In this document: positions 1-9,342 of the stretch, in pieces
Layout of the letters: the number at the start of each line of letters is the position of its first letter
How positions within the stretch are numbered: position 1 is the stretch's first letter
DNA from: Cenarchaeum sp.
GTDB taxonomy: Archaea > Thermoproteota > Nitrososphaeria > Nitrososphaerales > Nitrosopumilaceae
Assembly: GCA_963693095.2 (NCBI GenBank)
Contig: OY843768.1
Coordinates: forward strand, 672,001 to 736,000
Direction: 5' to 3'
Length of the DNA stretch: 64,000 nt
The notes under the pieces: generated by a model
What the model was told of the DNA's origin: nothing
What the model saw: the letters and a program-made list of their open reading frames with translations, nothing else
Databases searched by the model: none
Position numbers and translations under genes: made by a program

Positions 1-993
1 TTTGATGCCTACATTGCATTATCTAATGTGAGAAAATGTTATGTTCGTGGGGGCATGTGTGTGCCTTTTTATGTTGATTCTAAACATCGCCGTCTCAGTA
101 AAGATCTAGATGTATATGTGACTTGTTCAGTTGACGAGATCACTGATAAAGTTTCTGCTGCATTGAAGGATGTGGGGTTTGTACATGCTAAACGCGATAA
201 ATCTCGCGGCAATCAGTCTCTGATTAATAACTGGGTTCGTTTTAAGGCTTTCTATGTTCCCGTGGGCTCTTCGGATCATCCATCAGCACCTAGTCAGTTA
301 GATTCAATATCTGTTGATATCACCTGTGGGATTGATGCTGCTCAGCTTGACACTACTCTCCTAGAACAGGAACAAAATTTATTTGACTTTCCAATACCGC
401 CTCCAATCCACACACTTTCTAGAGGAGCACTTATCGCAGACAAGATTCATTCACTGGGGTGTGGGTCTGTGGAATATCCTAAGCCTGTGGGACGTTCTAA
501 GCCTGTGGGATATTCTAATCTTGAGTCTACACCAAAGCAGATATACGATATTGGCATGCTGCTGCGAAAAACAACAACCGATGATCTTATTATTTTGATA
601 CAGATGTACAATTATTTAACAAATTTTAAATTAAAAAACGGAAATCGCGATTTTGGACCAGTGGGGGTAATTCAAAGCGTTAAATCATATATTTCTTCTA
701 TTTTAACAAATCACACCTTGCCTCGGCTGACTAGCGCACATAGCGATCATTTTTCCACTTTTTCTCAAAGTATGCTCTCAAAACCCTATATTAACGAAGT
801 CGAACATTCAAAAAATATCATGTTGACTTTTCTCTGTGCTGACTTTCTTGAGCGCTCTCTTGCTGCCCCTGACTCAAATGAACAATTGGCTGAACATATG
901 CAACATACACTCGATGCTGCATTCAAACTTGAAACACTTGAAGACCAGATATCATTTTTAAAGCGACATGTTGAAGATGTTGGCTCACCTTGA
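1..993 (+). CDS. AbiEii/AbiGii-family nucleotidyltransferase toxin (type IV TA / Abi-like), 5' end probably outside window
   Basis: Motifs VRGG...RRLSKDLDV, LIADKIHSL and KQIYDI fit the AbiEii NTase pattern. The frame is open from position 1. AT-rich relative to the core genes. Confidence 0.7.
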   Translation, partial: FDAYIALSNVRKCYVRGGMCVPFYVDSKHRRLSKDLDVYVTCSVDEITDKVSAALKDVGFVHAKRDKSRGNQSLINNWVRFKAFYVPVGSSDHPSAPSQLDSISVDITCGIDAAQLDTTLLEQEQNLFDFPIPPPIHTLSRGALIADKIHSLGCGSVEYPKPVGRSKPVGYSNLESTPKQIYDIGMLLRKTTTDDLIILIQMYNYLTNFKLKNGNRDFGPVGVIQSVKSYISSILTNHTLPRLTSAHSDHFSTFSQSMLSKPYINEVEHSKNIMLTFLCADFLERSLAAPDSNEQLAEHMQHTLDAAFKLETLEDQISFLKRHVEDVGSP

Positions 994-1216
994 CAATCTT
1001 GCCACGTCGGATATCTTGACCGCTGTGGTGGGTGTGTCCTACCTTGAACATTTTCCTGTATGCCGTTTCTTGCAAACGTGTGGAGTCGGGCGGTCATGTT
1101 TTCTGGATCCTGCTAGATTGACATGGTGTCCTGTCGCCTGCTGACTCCAATATTGACGCATGGTCATGGCGTATTCCATGAGTGCAGTTAAATCCGGCCA
1201 CGTGTGCATGCTGCGC

Positions 1217-2044
1217 ATGAGCCTCGTGGCCTCTGGCAAGGTAAAGGACGTCTACGACGCCGGTGATGGCCTCTTGCGATTTCACTTTAGCGACCGTGTC
1301 TCGGCATATGACGTAAAGTTTGCCGAGCCGATCCCAAAAAAGGGTGAAATCCTCTGCAAGTTTGCCGAGTTTTGGTTTGGCGAGCTTGGGATGCCTAGCC
1401 ACTTTGTTCGGCGGGTCTCGTACACTGACATGCTCGTCAGGCGAATGAAGATGCTGCCGATCGAGTGTGTCGCTCGGGGATACCTGTATGGCAGCCTCTA
1501 TGACCGCCATCTGCGTGGCGAGTCAGGCCTCCGGCTTGATGACGAACGCCACGCGGCCAGGCTGCCTGAGGCAATATTTGACCCAACCACAAAGGCCGAG
1601 CACGACGAGCCGGTGACGCGCGACTCGGCAATCCGCATGGGCCTTGTGAGCGCCGCTCAATATGACTCCCTAGAGTCAATGACGCTAAAGATATACGGCC
1701 AGATGGCATCAGTGGCAGAGCGCGCAGGATTTGTCATGGCTGACCTAAAGCTGGAGTTTGGCATGCTTGATGGCGAGATTGTCCTAGGTGACTCTATTGG
1801 CCCGGACGAGTTTCGGATGTGGCCATCAGAGACATACGAGCCTGGACGCGTGCAGGACGCATATGACAAGCAGATACTGCGCGACTGGCTAGCCGCCGCC
1901 GGCCACAAGGATCGATTTGAGCGCGAACGTGCCGCCGGAGAGGCGCCACGGCCGCCGATGATACCATCAGAGATTATCGTCACAATGACGGGGCGCTATG
2001 TTGACGCCTATGAGCGCATAACGGGCAGACCGCTAGACGCATAG
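1217..2044 (+). CDS. purC: Phosphoribosylaminoimidazole-succinocarboxamide (SAICAR) synthase
   Basis: [35 protein letters not shown] and YDKQILRDW motifs. Start taken at ATG 1217. Confidence 0.95.
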   Translation: MSLVASGKVKDVYDAGDGLLRFHFSDRVSAYDVKFAEPIPKKGEILCKFAEFWFGELGMPSHFVRRVSYTDMLVRRMKMLPIECVARGYLYGSLYDRHLRGESGLRLDDERHAARLPEAIFDPTTKAEHDEPVTRDSAIRMGLVSAAQYDSLESMTLKIYGQMASVAERAGFVMADLKLEFGMLDGEIVLGDSIGPDEFRMWPSETYEPGRVQDAYDKQILRDWLAAAGHKDRFERERAAGEAPRPPMIPSEIIVTMTGRYVDAYERITGRPLDA

Positions 2045-2299
2045 CCTGGCGCCATGTGCCATTGTTGGGTTCTCAGAATGCCCGTCTGCCGCGATGCTTC
2101 CATGCGGGGGCCTGATTGCGTGCCTTTCTTGCCTATGTTCACGCGTGCATGGGGAGATCCTGGCAGTTCGTGACCTCATATTGGCTGTGTGAGCAAGCCG
2201 ACTAGGCGTAAAGACTCTAATCGTATGCCTCGGCGCGTCGGCGCTGATGCCCATTGTGCCTCAACGTGCCGCCGAGGTGCCGCCACAGCGGCGATCCGG

Positions 2300-2510
2300 T
2301 AATTTCCAATACTTATTGTATCATTTCATAACAAATCATATTATTATGATATATATCATTAGTATTAATTCTAATGTTAGCATTACAAGATATTTCCTAT
2401 TACAACTATACATATCATATGATAGGGATATTATTCAGTTTCCTGTTATCAATATCATTCAAATGAATAATAGTGCTCTAATTCTAATAAGTGTAAACTA
2501 GAATCTATGC
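2300..2510. promoter_or_regulatory. Very AT-rich intergenic tract with ATCATA/TATGAT inverted repeats upstream of an ArsR regulator
   Basis: ATCATA-N4-TATGAT at 2335-2350 and palindrome TATCATATGATA at 2413-2424, embedded in GC-rich flanks. Confidence 0.45.
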
Positions 2511-2570
2511 GAGCGGTCAAAAAATGCTGATCTTTCCCACTTTTGGCCTGGTGGGGCGCACGGGAGGCCG

Positions 2571-3092
2571 ATGGAGACACTGGTAGACCGCCCTGTCAGC
2601 GTGACGAGGACTATAGCGTCGAGTCCTGACGAGGCAAGCGCGATAGCGGATCCCGTGAGGGCGGCCATACTCGCGCTCCTCTATCGCCGGACGCTGACGG
2701 CCGAGCAGATATTCGAGCGTCTAGGCAGGCGCGGCAAGAAAAAGGCGCTCACGACGGTGCGCCACCATATCGACGTCCTCCGCTCCGCTGGCCTAGTGGA
2801 CATTGTGAAGGTCGTAGAGTCCCGAGGGGGAGTGACAAAGCACTATGGGACGTCCACGAGGCTCCTCATGCAGAACCCCCAGGATGATTTTGACGAGCAG
2901 CACTCGGATGCCATTGCGGCTGCAGCCGTTGGCCTTGCGGCCATCATAGAGTCAGCAGGCGCAAAGATTGCGCCAAAGGATGGAAAAAAACGCGTTGATC
3001 CGGCGCACAGACACTATGTCGTCGCCGAGATACTAAACCGCGCAATGACTGCGGCCATGGAGCGTGGCTCGCGCGCACCGTCAGGGTCATAG
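2571..3092 (+). CDS. ArsR-family winged helix-turn-helix transcriptional regulator
   Basis: AIADPVRAAILALL...TTVRHHIDVLRSAGLV...GGVTKHY wHTH signature. Confidence 0.85.
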   Translation: METLVDRPVSVTRTIASSPDEASAIADPVRAAILALLYRRTLTAEQIFERLGRRGKKKALTTVRHHIDVLRSAGLVDIVKVVESRGGVTKHYGTSTRLLMQNPQDDFDEQHSDAIAAAAVGLAAIIESAGAKIAPKDGKKRVDPAHRHYVVAEILNRAMTAAMERGSRAPSGS

Positions 3093-3197
3093 CCTGCAGG
3101 CGTGTTCGTGGGCGTGCCCAGTCGGCGATTATGGGCACAAGACCCCCTCTTGCGCCTGTCTGGTGGGCGCATGTGCCGCATGGGGCGCATTTGGCAT

Positions 3198-3767
3198 ATT
3201 TCTAAACTCGAGTTTAGAAATGCGTAATTTGTGACCATGCGCGCCTCGCAGACTCGTGCATGTGCCCACTGTGCCAATGTTAGGCACAAGAGCTAAACCC
3301 CCCTGTGGGGGGAGCCTGTTCACGAGGGAGGCCCTTTTTCTGAAAATGGCCGATCTGGAGGGGGGTTGAACACCCACGCCTAGATTAGACCGGCAACGCC
3401 CCAACCATGGGGCTAGCTGGCCCGAGGGTGCCCCGACGCACAATGTCGTGCCTAGAAGCTAAACCCCATGATTTTCGCCGTTCAGGGCATGGCTTGGCCC
3501 ATGGATCCCCGTGCATGGCCTGCTGCGCGTGCGCCTGGCGCGTCATGGGAGGGGCACAAATTGTGCGCATTGGCCGGTGCGACGTGCCATGTGTGCTGCT
3601 GCGCGTGCGCCAGGCGCGTTCCGCGGAGGGGCACAAATTGTGCGCATGAGCCCGTACGGCACGCGATGCATGTCGCCGCACGCCACCGTGGAACATGTGG
3701 GCAGGTGCCATCCGGCGTTGGGCTGCCATGTGCGATATTGTGTATTTCTAAACTCGAGTTTTGAAAA
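3198..3767. repeat. Two copies of a 24-bp palindrome (3198-3221 perfect; 3744-3767 with two mismatches) flanking internal repeats
   Basis: ATTTCTAAACTCGAGTTTAGAAAT and ATTTCTAAACTCGAGTTTTGAAAA. Internal AGCTAAACCCC twice (3291, 3457) and GGAGGGGCACAAATTGTGCGCAT twice (3548, 3625). Confidence 0.85.
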
Positions 3768-3769
3768 CC

Positions 3770-4015
3770 CTATGTGGCCGCACTGCGAGCCCTCTCTTGC
3801 GTTATGGCAATCTCGACGGCCTCTAGCGGACTGGCCTCCTCGTTGCGTCGAATGGAGAACATCTTTGGCCGCTCAAAGTCGCGCGTGCAGTCGGGGCACG
3901 CGTAGACTAGGACGCGATGCTCGTTTGGCGCCTTTGGGTTTGAGAGGCGTGGATAGTACACGAGGCGCGCACCACAGTCCACACAGTACCTGTTAACCCT
4001 GCGCGTCCTGGCCAT
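3770..4015 (-). CDS. Small zinc-ribbon protein (CxxC...CxxC), 81 aa
   Basis: MARTRRVNRYCVDCG...YACPDCT. The longer ORF-track start overlaps the tRNA, so ATG 4015 was chosen. Confidence 0.65.
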   Translation of the reverse strand: MARTRRVNRYCVDCGARLVYYPRLSNPKAPNEHRVLVYACPDCTRDFERPKMFSIRRNEEASPLEAVEIAITQERARSAAT

Positions 4016-4131
4016 GCAAACCTCCTGCACGGGGTCTTGGCGGTGGAGCATATTAGATCGGCATGGTCTAACAGAGTCAACCAAATGGTTCCCTCCGGGG
4101 CATGCGGGAACGCGCACCGAACACTGTGTGG

Positions 4132-4208
4132 TGGCGCCGCCCGACAGACTTGAACTGTCGACCAACGGATTAACAGTCCGTTGCTCTACCACGCTGAGCT
4201 AGGGCGGC
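4132..4208 (-). tRNA. tRNA-Asn (GTT), CCA encoded
   Basis: Reverse complement folds as a cloverleaf: GCCGCCC acceptor stem, D arm TAGCTCAGCGTGGTAGAGC, anticodon arm ACGGA-CTGTTAA-TCCGT, T arm GACAG-TTCAAGT-CTGTC, 3' GCCA. Confidence 0.97.
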
Positions 4209-4400
4209 AGCGCGCCGCCTTTGGAATGTTGCGATTTAATCCTTGCGTGCCCCCGTGGGCGTGGGGCGCAGGCGCGCCTGCCCTGTGCCTCAGGGCCGCC
4301 ATGGCCATGGCAGCCGTGTCTGGTGCCTCTAGGTATGCGCTATGCAGGCCACCAGGGTCACCCCGTGCCCTTGCTGGCGGGGTGGGACATGGGCCTGCTG

Positions 4401-4955
4401 CTAGGACTCTATGCCGCGCTTTTTGTCGTACGTATAGATGCCGTCAAGAAAGACCCTGTGGTCCTTTTTCTTTATGCGGGTGTTTTGCTGTATGTTGGCC
4501 GCCGTCTGCGTCACGTCGGTGAGCACGGCGCCTGTGAGGATCACATCGTCATCCTTTACGGTGACCTTTGTGTCCCCGATGATGCGCGCGCGGCGCGGCG
4601 CGTGCTCGCCCTGAAAGTTCTCCACCAGGACCATTCCGGCGTCAACCTTTACGGAGACCGGAAAGTGCGCATAGACGACCTTCATCTTTAGGGTGTAGCC
4701 CTCCCTGATCCCATCAACGAGGTTTCGCACCAGGGAGCGTGACGTGTTTAGTATGGCATAGTCGCGCTTTTTGGAGTCGCGTGCGCTCAGGCTTATGGCT
4801 CCCTCGCCGATCTCAATGTCCACTGGTATCTTTCTAAAGTTCTTGAACGTGTGGCCAAGTGGTCCCTCGACACGCATGACGCCGCGCCTCATGCTGATCG
4901 TGACGCCCTCTGGCACGTCAACTGTTGTCTTTAGGCGGTCAGGACTAGTACGCAT
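4401..4955 (-). CDS. rpl6: 50S ribosomal protein uL6
   Basis: VVYAHFP, ENFQGE and KKKDHRVFLDGIY motifs; position in cluster. Confidence 0.96.
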   Translation of the reverse strand: MRTSPDRLKTTVDVPEGVTISMRRGVMRVEGPLGHTFKNFRKIPVDIEIGEGAISLSARDSKKRDYAILNTSRSLVRNLVDGIREGYTLKMKVVYAHFPVSVKVDAGMVLVENFQGEHAPRRARIIGDTKVTVKDDDVILTGAVLTDVTQTAANIQQNTRIKKKDHRVFLDGIYTYDKKRGIES

Positions 4956-5337
4956 AGCCTACCAAAAACCCCCCAATCCCCATCTTTGTCGCGTCATGGT
5001 GCGACATGACACCATGGTTTGTCGTCACGACTAGTATACCGCGGTCATATGAGGGCAGATAGCGCTGCTCCCAGAACGCATACTCGTCCTTTTTGACCTT
5101 AAAGCGCGGCGATATCGCGCCACACTTTGTTATCTTTGCGACAAGGCCAACGCGGAACTTGCCCCCGCGGCCGTCCTCGATCCTCTCATACTCGCCGATA
5201 TAGCCGTCCTTTTTGAGCGTCTTGAGAACCTCCGCACACAGGCCAGACGTGGGAAACACGGTGCACTCGGCCTTGCGCCTCGCCTCCGTGTTGTATAGTG
5301 TTACGAACATGTTTGCTAGTACGTTAGTGGCCGGCAT
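4945..5337 (-). CDS. rps8: 30S ribosomal protein uS8
   Basis: EDGRGGKFRV, KCGAISPRF and GVMSHHDA...GGFLVGYAY. Confidence 0.96.
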   Translation of the reverse strand: MPATNVLANMFVTLYNTEARRKAECTVFPTSGLCAEVLKTLKKDGYIGEYERIEDGRGGKFRVGLVAKITKCGAISPRFKVKKDEYAFWEQRYLPSYDRGILVVTTNHGVMSHHDATKMGIGGFLVGYAY

Positions 5338-5343
5338 CATCAA

Positions 5344-5520
5344 TCACATGTATTTCCTGAATCCCAGCGAACCGGCGACCTCCCTAAAGCACCTGCGGCA
5401 TATCATGAGATCGTACTTTTGAATGACTGCAGTATAGTCGCCGCACCTCTTGCACCAGCGCGAGCCACGCCCAAAAGAGTGCTCCTTGCGGCCGGTAAAC
5501 TCGTACGAGCGGTCCTTCAT
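5344..5520 (-). CDS. rps14: 30S ribosomal protein uS14 (zinc-binding), 58 aa, absent from the ORF track
   Basis: Hand translation MKDRSYEFTGRKEHSFGRGSRWCKRCGDYTAVIQKYDLMICRRCFREVAGSLGFRKYM; lies between uL5 and uS8. Confidence 0.96.
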   Translation of the reverse strand: MKDRSYEFTGRKEHSFGRGSRWCKRCGDYTAVIQKYDLMICRRCFREVAGSLGFRKYM

Positions 5521-6035
5521 GCGACAGCCACCCCAAACTTGCCAGTCACAAACGAGCGCGCCTCATCAGCCGTTATGATGTGCCCGCCCCCAACGCTGGC
5601 CTTGTGCTTGCTCCTGCGGCTGATCGAGTTGCCTGGACGCGCAAGCGAGACGCAGACGTCAAGGCCTAGTATGCCCACCTTTGGGTCATATTTCACGCCG
5701 GGCACGTCAATGTGCTCCTTTATGCCGAACGAAAAGTTGCCGTGGCCGTCAAATGCCCTGCTGCGCACGCTGTTGTCGCGCGCCTCAAGGAGGCGCTTTA
5801 GGAGGGTTGCGGCATCCTCGCCGCGCACGGTCACTGCCACCCCGATGGGCTCGCCCTTGCGCACACCAAAGTCACGGTATGTCTTTTTTGCGTCGCGCGC
5901 GCACGGCCTCTTGCCAGATATGTGCGCAAGGGCCGCCTTTGCGGCCTCGATTGCGTCGCCTGACTTGCCGATTCCCATGTTGAGGACGACCTTTTCGAGG
6001 TATATCACCTTCATTGGGTTGTCGACTTTGCTCAT
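5517..6035 (-). CDS. rpl5: 50S ribosomal protein uL5
   Basis: NPMKVIYLEKVVLNMGIG, FGVRKGEPIG and FDGHGNFSFGIKEHID. Confidence 0.96.
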   Translation of the reverse strand: MSKVDNPMKVIYLEKVVLNMGIGKSGDAIEAAKAALAHISGKRPCARDAKKTYRDFGVRKGEPIGVAVTVRGEDAATLLKRLLEARDNSVRSRAFDGHGNFSFGIKEHIDVPGVKYDPKVGILGLDVCVSLARPGNSISRRSKHKASVGGGHIITADEARSFVTGKFGVAVA

Positions 6036-6754
6036 TCCACCTTCACCGCCGGCTCGTTGCCCTGCCCTATGGCCATCACAATCTCTGCGGGCACGTCGAC
6101 CTTCCTGTCGCCTAGGGCCATAGTCGCCATGGCCGGAAGGACAAACGTCCCCTTTTTTATAGCATCGACGGTTCCCGTGCCTCCTGCGTTTGCCCCGCGC
6201 GTGACCATTGCGAGGCATCCGGCATCAAGGCGTATGACCTTTTCGATCTTTTGGTCCGGCACGCCTAGGACGCAAGAGTCGCCCACGCCCACGGCCTCGT
6301 CAGTTATGAGCGAGCGGCCGTCGTGGAAGCCCACCTGCGTCTTGCCTCCGCGGATCGTCACCTTTGATGTGACCTTGCATATCTTTTTGCCCATCTCGGT
6401 GGGGTCGTCGACCTTTATGGGGCGCAGTATCTGGCCGTCCCTTGGGATCATGCGATACATTGCGCCACTGCCTCCGAGCTCGACTGTGTCCATCAGGCCA
6501 ATTCCGTGATGGAGTGACTTGCGAACGACGCCGTCGACCTTTACCTTGCCGGCATATATTGCGGACTTTGCCTCGCGCAGCGTGCGAACCACGCCGAGGA
6601 TGTCCCTGAGCAGGACTGCAGTGGGCACTGACAGGCTACGCGCATGCTGGCCGGGCTTGACTGTCACGACAAAGCGCTTGTTCTTGCGCGATATTCCCCA
6701 AAAGCCCGGCGCCATCTGGCGCTTTAGCTTTTTGCTGCCAGCAATGCTGACCAT
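6032..6754 (-). CDS. rps4e: 30S ribosomal protein eS4
   Basis: KKLKRQMAPGFWGI, VKVDGVVRK and FHDGRSL motifs. Confidence 0.95.
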   Translation of the reverse strand: MVSIAGSKKLKRQMAPGFWGISRKNKRFVVTVKPGQHARSLSVPTAVLLRDILGVVRTLREAKSAIYAGKVKVDGVVRKSLHHGIGLMDTVELGGSGAMYRMIPRDGQILRPIKVDDPTEMGKKICKVTSKVTIRGGKTQVGFHDGRSLITDEAVGVGDSCVLGVPDQKIEKVIRLDAGCLAMVTRGANAGGTGTVDAIKKGTFVLPAMATMALGDRKVDVPAEIVMAIGQGNEPAVKVE

Positions 6755-7311
6755 TAGGCGCTCGCCTCCGTTGTGCGCTTGGCCGCCTTGTTAGCGCCGG
6801 CCTTTGCGGCATCGGCCTTCTTTGGTGCGGGCGCAACATCGCTTGCTGCTGCCTCGACCTTTTCGCCCTTGGCAGCAGAGTCCGCTGTGCCCTTGGCAGC
6901 AGAGTCCGCTGTGCCCTTGGCACTGTGCCCTGCCGCCTCGCTCGAACCGCTGTGCCCGCGCGTGGACTCGCCGCGTATGCGCTTCATTCTCCTAGAGTCA
7001 TCAGAGTTTAGCGTCGTGACGACGACATTTGAGGAGTGTATCTCGACGTCAAACTTTTCGCCCTTGCCCTTTTCCTTCTTTACGCCCTCGATTGCGATTC
7101 TGCCCCCGATCGCAAAGACCGAGGAGACCTTGCCCTCGACATCCTTGTACTCGCCGCGAACCACCTTTACCGTGTCGCCCATGACGACCCTTACGCTGCG
7201 CCGCGAGTGTTTTTGGCGCAGGTCTGATGAGAGCGCGGCTCCGAGTTGCCTCGAGCGCACATTGTGCGTTGCCTGCCATATCTGCTTGTTGCGCATCTTT
7301 GAGGGCTTCAT
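6754..7311 (-). CDS. rpl24: 50S ribosomal protein uL24 with Ala/Lys-rich C-terminal extension
   Basis: [15 protein letters not shown] motif and IHSSNVVVT, followed by a low-complexity tail. Confidence 0.93.
   Translation of the reverse strand: MKPSKMRNKQIWQATHNVRSRQLGAALSSDLRQKHSRRSVRVVMGDTVKVVRGEYKDVEGKVSSVFAIGGRIAIEGVKKEKGKGEKFDVEIHSSNVVVTTLNSDDSRRMKRIRGESTRGHSGSSEAAGHSAKGTADSAAKGTADSAAKGEKVEAAASDVAPAPKKADAAKAGANKAAKRTTEASA
6865..6922. repeat. 24-bp tandem repeat (about 2.4 copies) in the uL24 tail encoding AKGTADSA
   Basis: GCCCTTGGCAGCAGAGTCCGCTGT twice plus a partial copy. Confidence 0.9.
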
Positions 7312-7312
7312 G

Positions 7313-7747
7313 TCATGCCACCATCGATGCCAGGTTTGCCAACCTTGGCCACTTTTCTGACGCCTCTGATGCTACCGGCCCCTTTATCTCGGTGCCCTTT
7401 ACCTCGCCCTCCTTTGTCGTGAGGACAGCCGCGTTGTCCTCAAAGGTCACGCGCACGCCATGGAGCCTGCGCACAGGGTACTTTTGCCTGATGATGACGG
7501 CCCCATAGACCTGCTTGCGGAGCTCGGCCGGGCCCTTTTTGACCACAACGTTGACAAAGTCGCCGACGGCCGCAGCCGGCAGCCTCGAGACGCGCGTCTT
7601 TGTCTTTTGGACCATGACTATCTCGAGTATCTTGGCGCCGGTATTGTCGGCACAGACGACCTGTGCGCCTATGGGCAGCGCCCTGGTGACATATGGCCTA
7701 AACTCCTCGACACCGCGCGTCTTGCCGCGGCTGCGACCCTGCGACAA
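7313..7747 (-). CDS. rpl14: 50S ribosomal protein uL14
   Basis: [16 protein letters not shown] and GTEIKGPVA. Confidence 0.97.
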   Translation of the reverse strand: MSQGRSRGKTRGVEEFRPYVTRALPIGAQVVCADNTGAKILEIVMVQKTKTRVSRLPAAAVGDFVNVVVKKGPAELRKQVYGAVIIRQKYPVRRLHGVRVTFEDNAAVLTTKEGEVKGTEIKGPVASEASEKWPRLANLASMVA

Positions 7748-8077
7748 CTAGGGTTTCGCCTCCACTACCACGAACGAGACGGACTTTGAGACCGGCCTGC
7801 ACTCGGCTGCCATGACCTTCATTCCCACGCTGACGTCAATGTTGGATGGCACGTGCGCGTGTATTCGGCTGCGGCTGCGCGCGTACCTCTTGAACTTTGA
7901 TATGTATGCAGGCGTGTCCTTTTCGACCACGACTGTGTTCTTTGCGCTAGATGACACCACAATTCCCTCAAAGAGCCTTCCGCGGATCGGCAGCGTGCCG
8001 TTGAACGGATTCTTCATGTCACCCTCAGTCGGCTCGCGTGGCGGCGCCGATATGTCGAGGCCAATATTGCGCGTCAT
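7748..8077 (-). CDS. rps17: 30S ribosomal protein uS17
   Basis: PFNGTLPIRGR, KFKRYARSRSRIHAH and ECRPVSKSVSFVV. Confidence 0.95.
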   Translation of the reverse strand: MTRNIGLDISAPPREPTEGDMKNPFNGTLPIRGRLFEGIVVSSSAKNTVVVEKDTPAYISKFKRYARSRSRIHAHVPSNIDVSVGMKVMAAECRPVSKSVSFVVVEAKP

Positions 8078-8337
8078 CTGCGCGCGCCCCTCCTGTCATG
8101 TGGCCTGCCGACGAGAAGTGCCCCGTCAACCTCGACGGCACCTGAGCCGCCCACGTCTATGCTGAGTGAGGATCCCGCCTTTGGAATCCAGCGCGTGCGG
8201 CCGCCGTCACGCAGCGCAATCATTGACATCGTCTCGTCCATTGCGGTTCCGGCAATGCCGACCAACTGCGCATTGGTCGAACGCATTACGCGCATGTTTG
8301 CCCCGATGAGCTCGCGTGCGGCAATGGCAGTAATCAT
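8074..8337 (-). CDS. rnp1: Ribonuclease P protein component Rpp29
   Basis: ELIG...STN..LVGIAG..MDET...IPK...DGALLVGRPHDR; canonical position between uL29 and uS17. Confidence 0.88.
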   Translation of the reverse strand: MITAIAARELIGANMRVMRSTNAQLVGIAGTAMDETMSMIALRDGGRTRWIPKAGSSLSIDVGGSGAVEVDGALLVGRPHDRRGARR

Positions 8338-8537
8338 TGCGATTCCTCCTCGCGGATGCGCGTGAGCATACGCGCTATTGCCCTCCTCATTGGGCGAATC
8401 TTGCCGCTGTCCTTGCGAAGCGTTCCCTTTGAGGAGTCCGTTCGCATCTTTGTCAGCTCGGAGCGCATCTCTAGTATCTTGTGGCGCATGTCCGCCGTGC
8501 TGAGCTTGCGAATCTCCCTCATCTTTGGGCTTCCCAT
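8334..8537 (-). CDS. rpl29: 50S ribosomal protein uL29
   Basis: EIRKLS...GKIRPMRRAIARMLT. Confidence 0.93.
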   Translation of the reverse strand: MGSPKMREIRKLSTADMRHKILEMRSELTKMRTDSSKGTLRKDSGKIRPMRRAIARMLTRIREEESQ

Positions 8538-9340
8538 CAGGACTCGGCCTCCTTGGCGCCATCCGCACTATGGCCGGAGCTCTTTGCCACCTTGGCATCA
8601 CCGGCGCTCTTTGCCGCCTTGCCGTCACCAGCACCCCTTGCCACCTTGGCATCGCCGGCACCCGAGCCGGCGCTCCTTGCCTCCTTGGGATCAACGCGCG
8701 CCTCCTCGGCCTTTTCGATGCGAATCTTTGGCCTCTTTGCCCCGGCGGACTTCATCTCAAAGCTCTCCCTTGCGCGGTACTCTTCCTCCTTTGCTATGCG
8801 GATGCGAATGCCGATGAGGCCCATGGGCGTCTCGACATGGACAATGTCCTCCTCCACGACGGCATCGGCAAAGGCGCCTGCCCTGGGCAGGACGCCTATT
8901 GTGCGCTTTTCAAAGGCTGACCTGTCCCCGCGAAGCTTGCCAGAGGCCGTTATCTGCACGCCCTTTGCCCCGCCGGCCATGACCTGGCGCATCGTCCACA
9001 TCACGGCCCTGCGAAATGCCGTGCCGCGCTTTATGTGCGAGGCCACCCTGTTGCACATGACTGTCGGCGAGAGCTCTGGCTTTGTGTTCTCCTTTACGGA
9101 GATGCGAGGATCCTTGTAACCAAAGCGCGTGGCAATGTTGTCGGTGAGCCTACGTATGCCCTCGCCCTTGCGGCCAATGACAAGTCCCGGCCTGGTCACG
9201 TGAACAGTTATCGTTGTGCCCGTTGGGCGCGCTTCCACGTCGGCGCCAGAAAATCCGGCATCGCCAATCTCCTCGCGCAAGTATGCCATAAGCTGCAGCG
9301 TGTTATAGTTGTCACGTATGGCGTTCTTTGTGGATGACAT
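8537..9340 (-). CDS. rps3: 30S ribosomal protein uS3 with low-complexity C-terminal tail
   Basis: KH motif [31 protein letters not shown]. Confidence 0.96.
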   Translation of the reverse strand: MSSTKNAIRDNYNTLQLMAYLREEIGDAGFSGADVEARPTGTTITVHVTRPGLVIGRKGEGIRRLTDNIATRFGYKDPRISVKENTKPELSPTVMCNRVASHIKRGTAFRRAVMWTMRQVMAGGAKGVQITASGKLRGDRSAFEKRTIGVLPRAGAFADAVVEEDIVHVETPMGLIGIRIRIAKEEEYRARESFEMKSAGAKRPKIRIEKAEEARVDPKEARSAGSGAGDAKVARGAGDGKAAKSAGDAKVAKSSGHSADGAKEAES

Positions 9341-9342
9341 GA

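Noticed and set aside
2247-2501. 84-aa Ile-rich ORF
   Set aside because: Composition is a by-product of the AT-rich tract; no protein features.
2300-2510. Definite replication origin
   Set aside because: No recognisable ORB boxes and no adjacent cdc6/orc1; kept only as a hypothesis.
3285-3470. RNase P RNA, SRP RNA or 5S rRNA
   Set aside because: Conserved signature sequences were not recognisable on either strand.
3198-3767. CRISPR array
   Set aside because: Only two copies of each repeat, irregular spacing and no cas genes.
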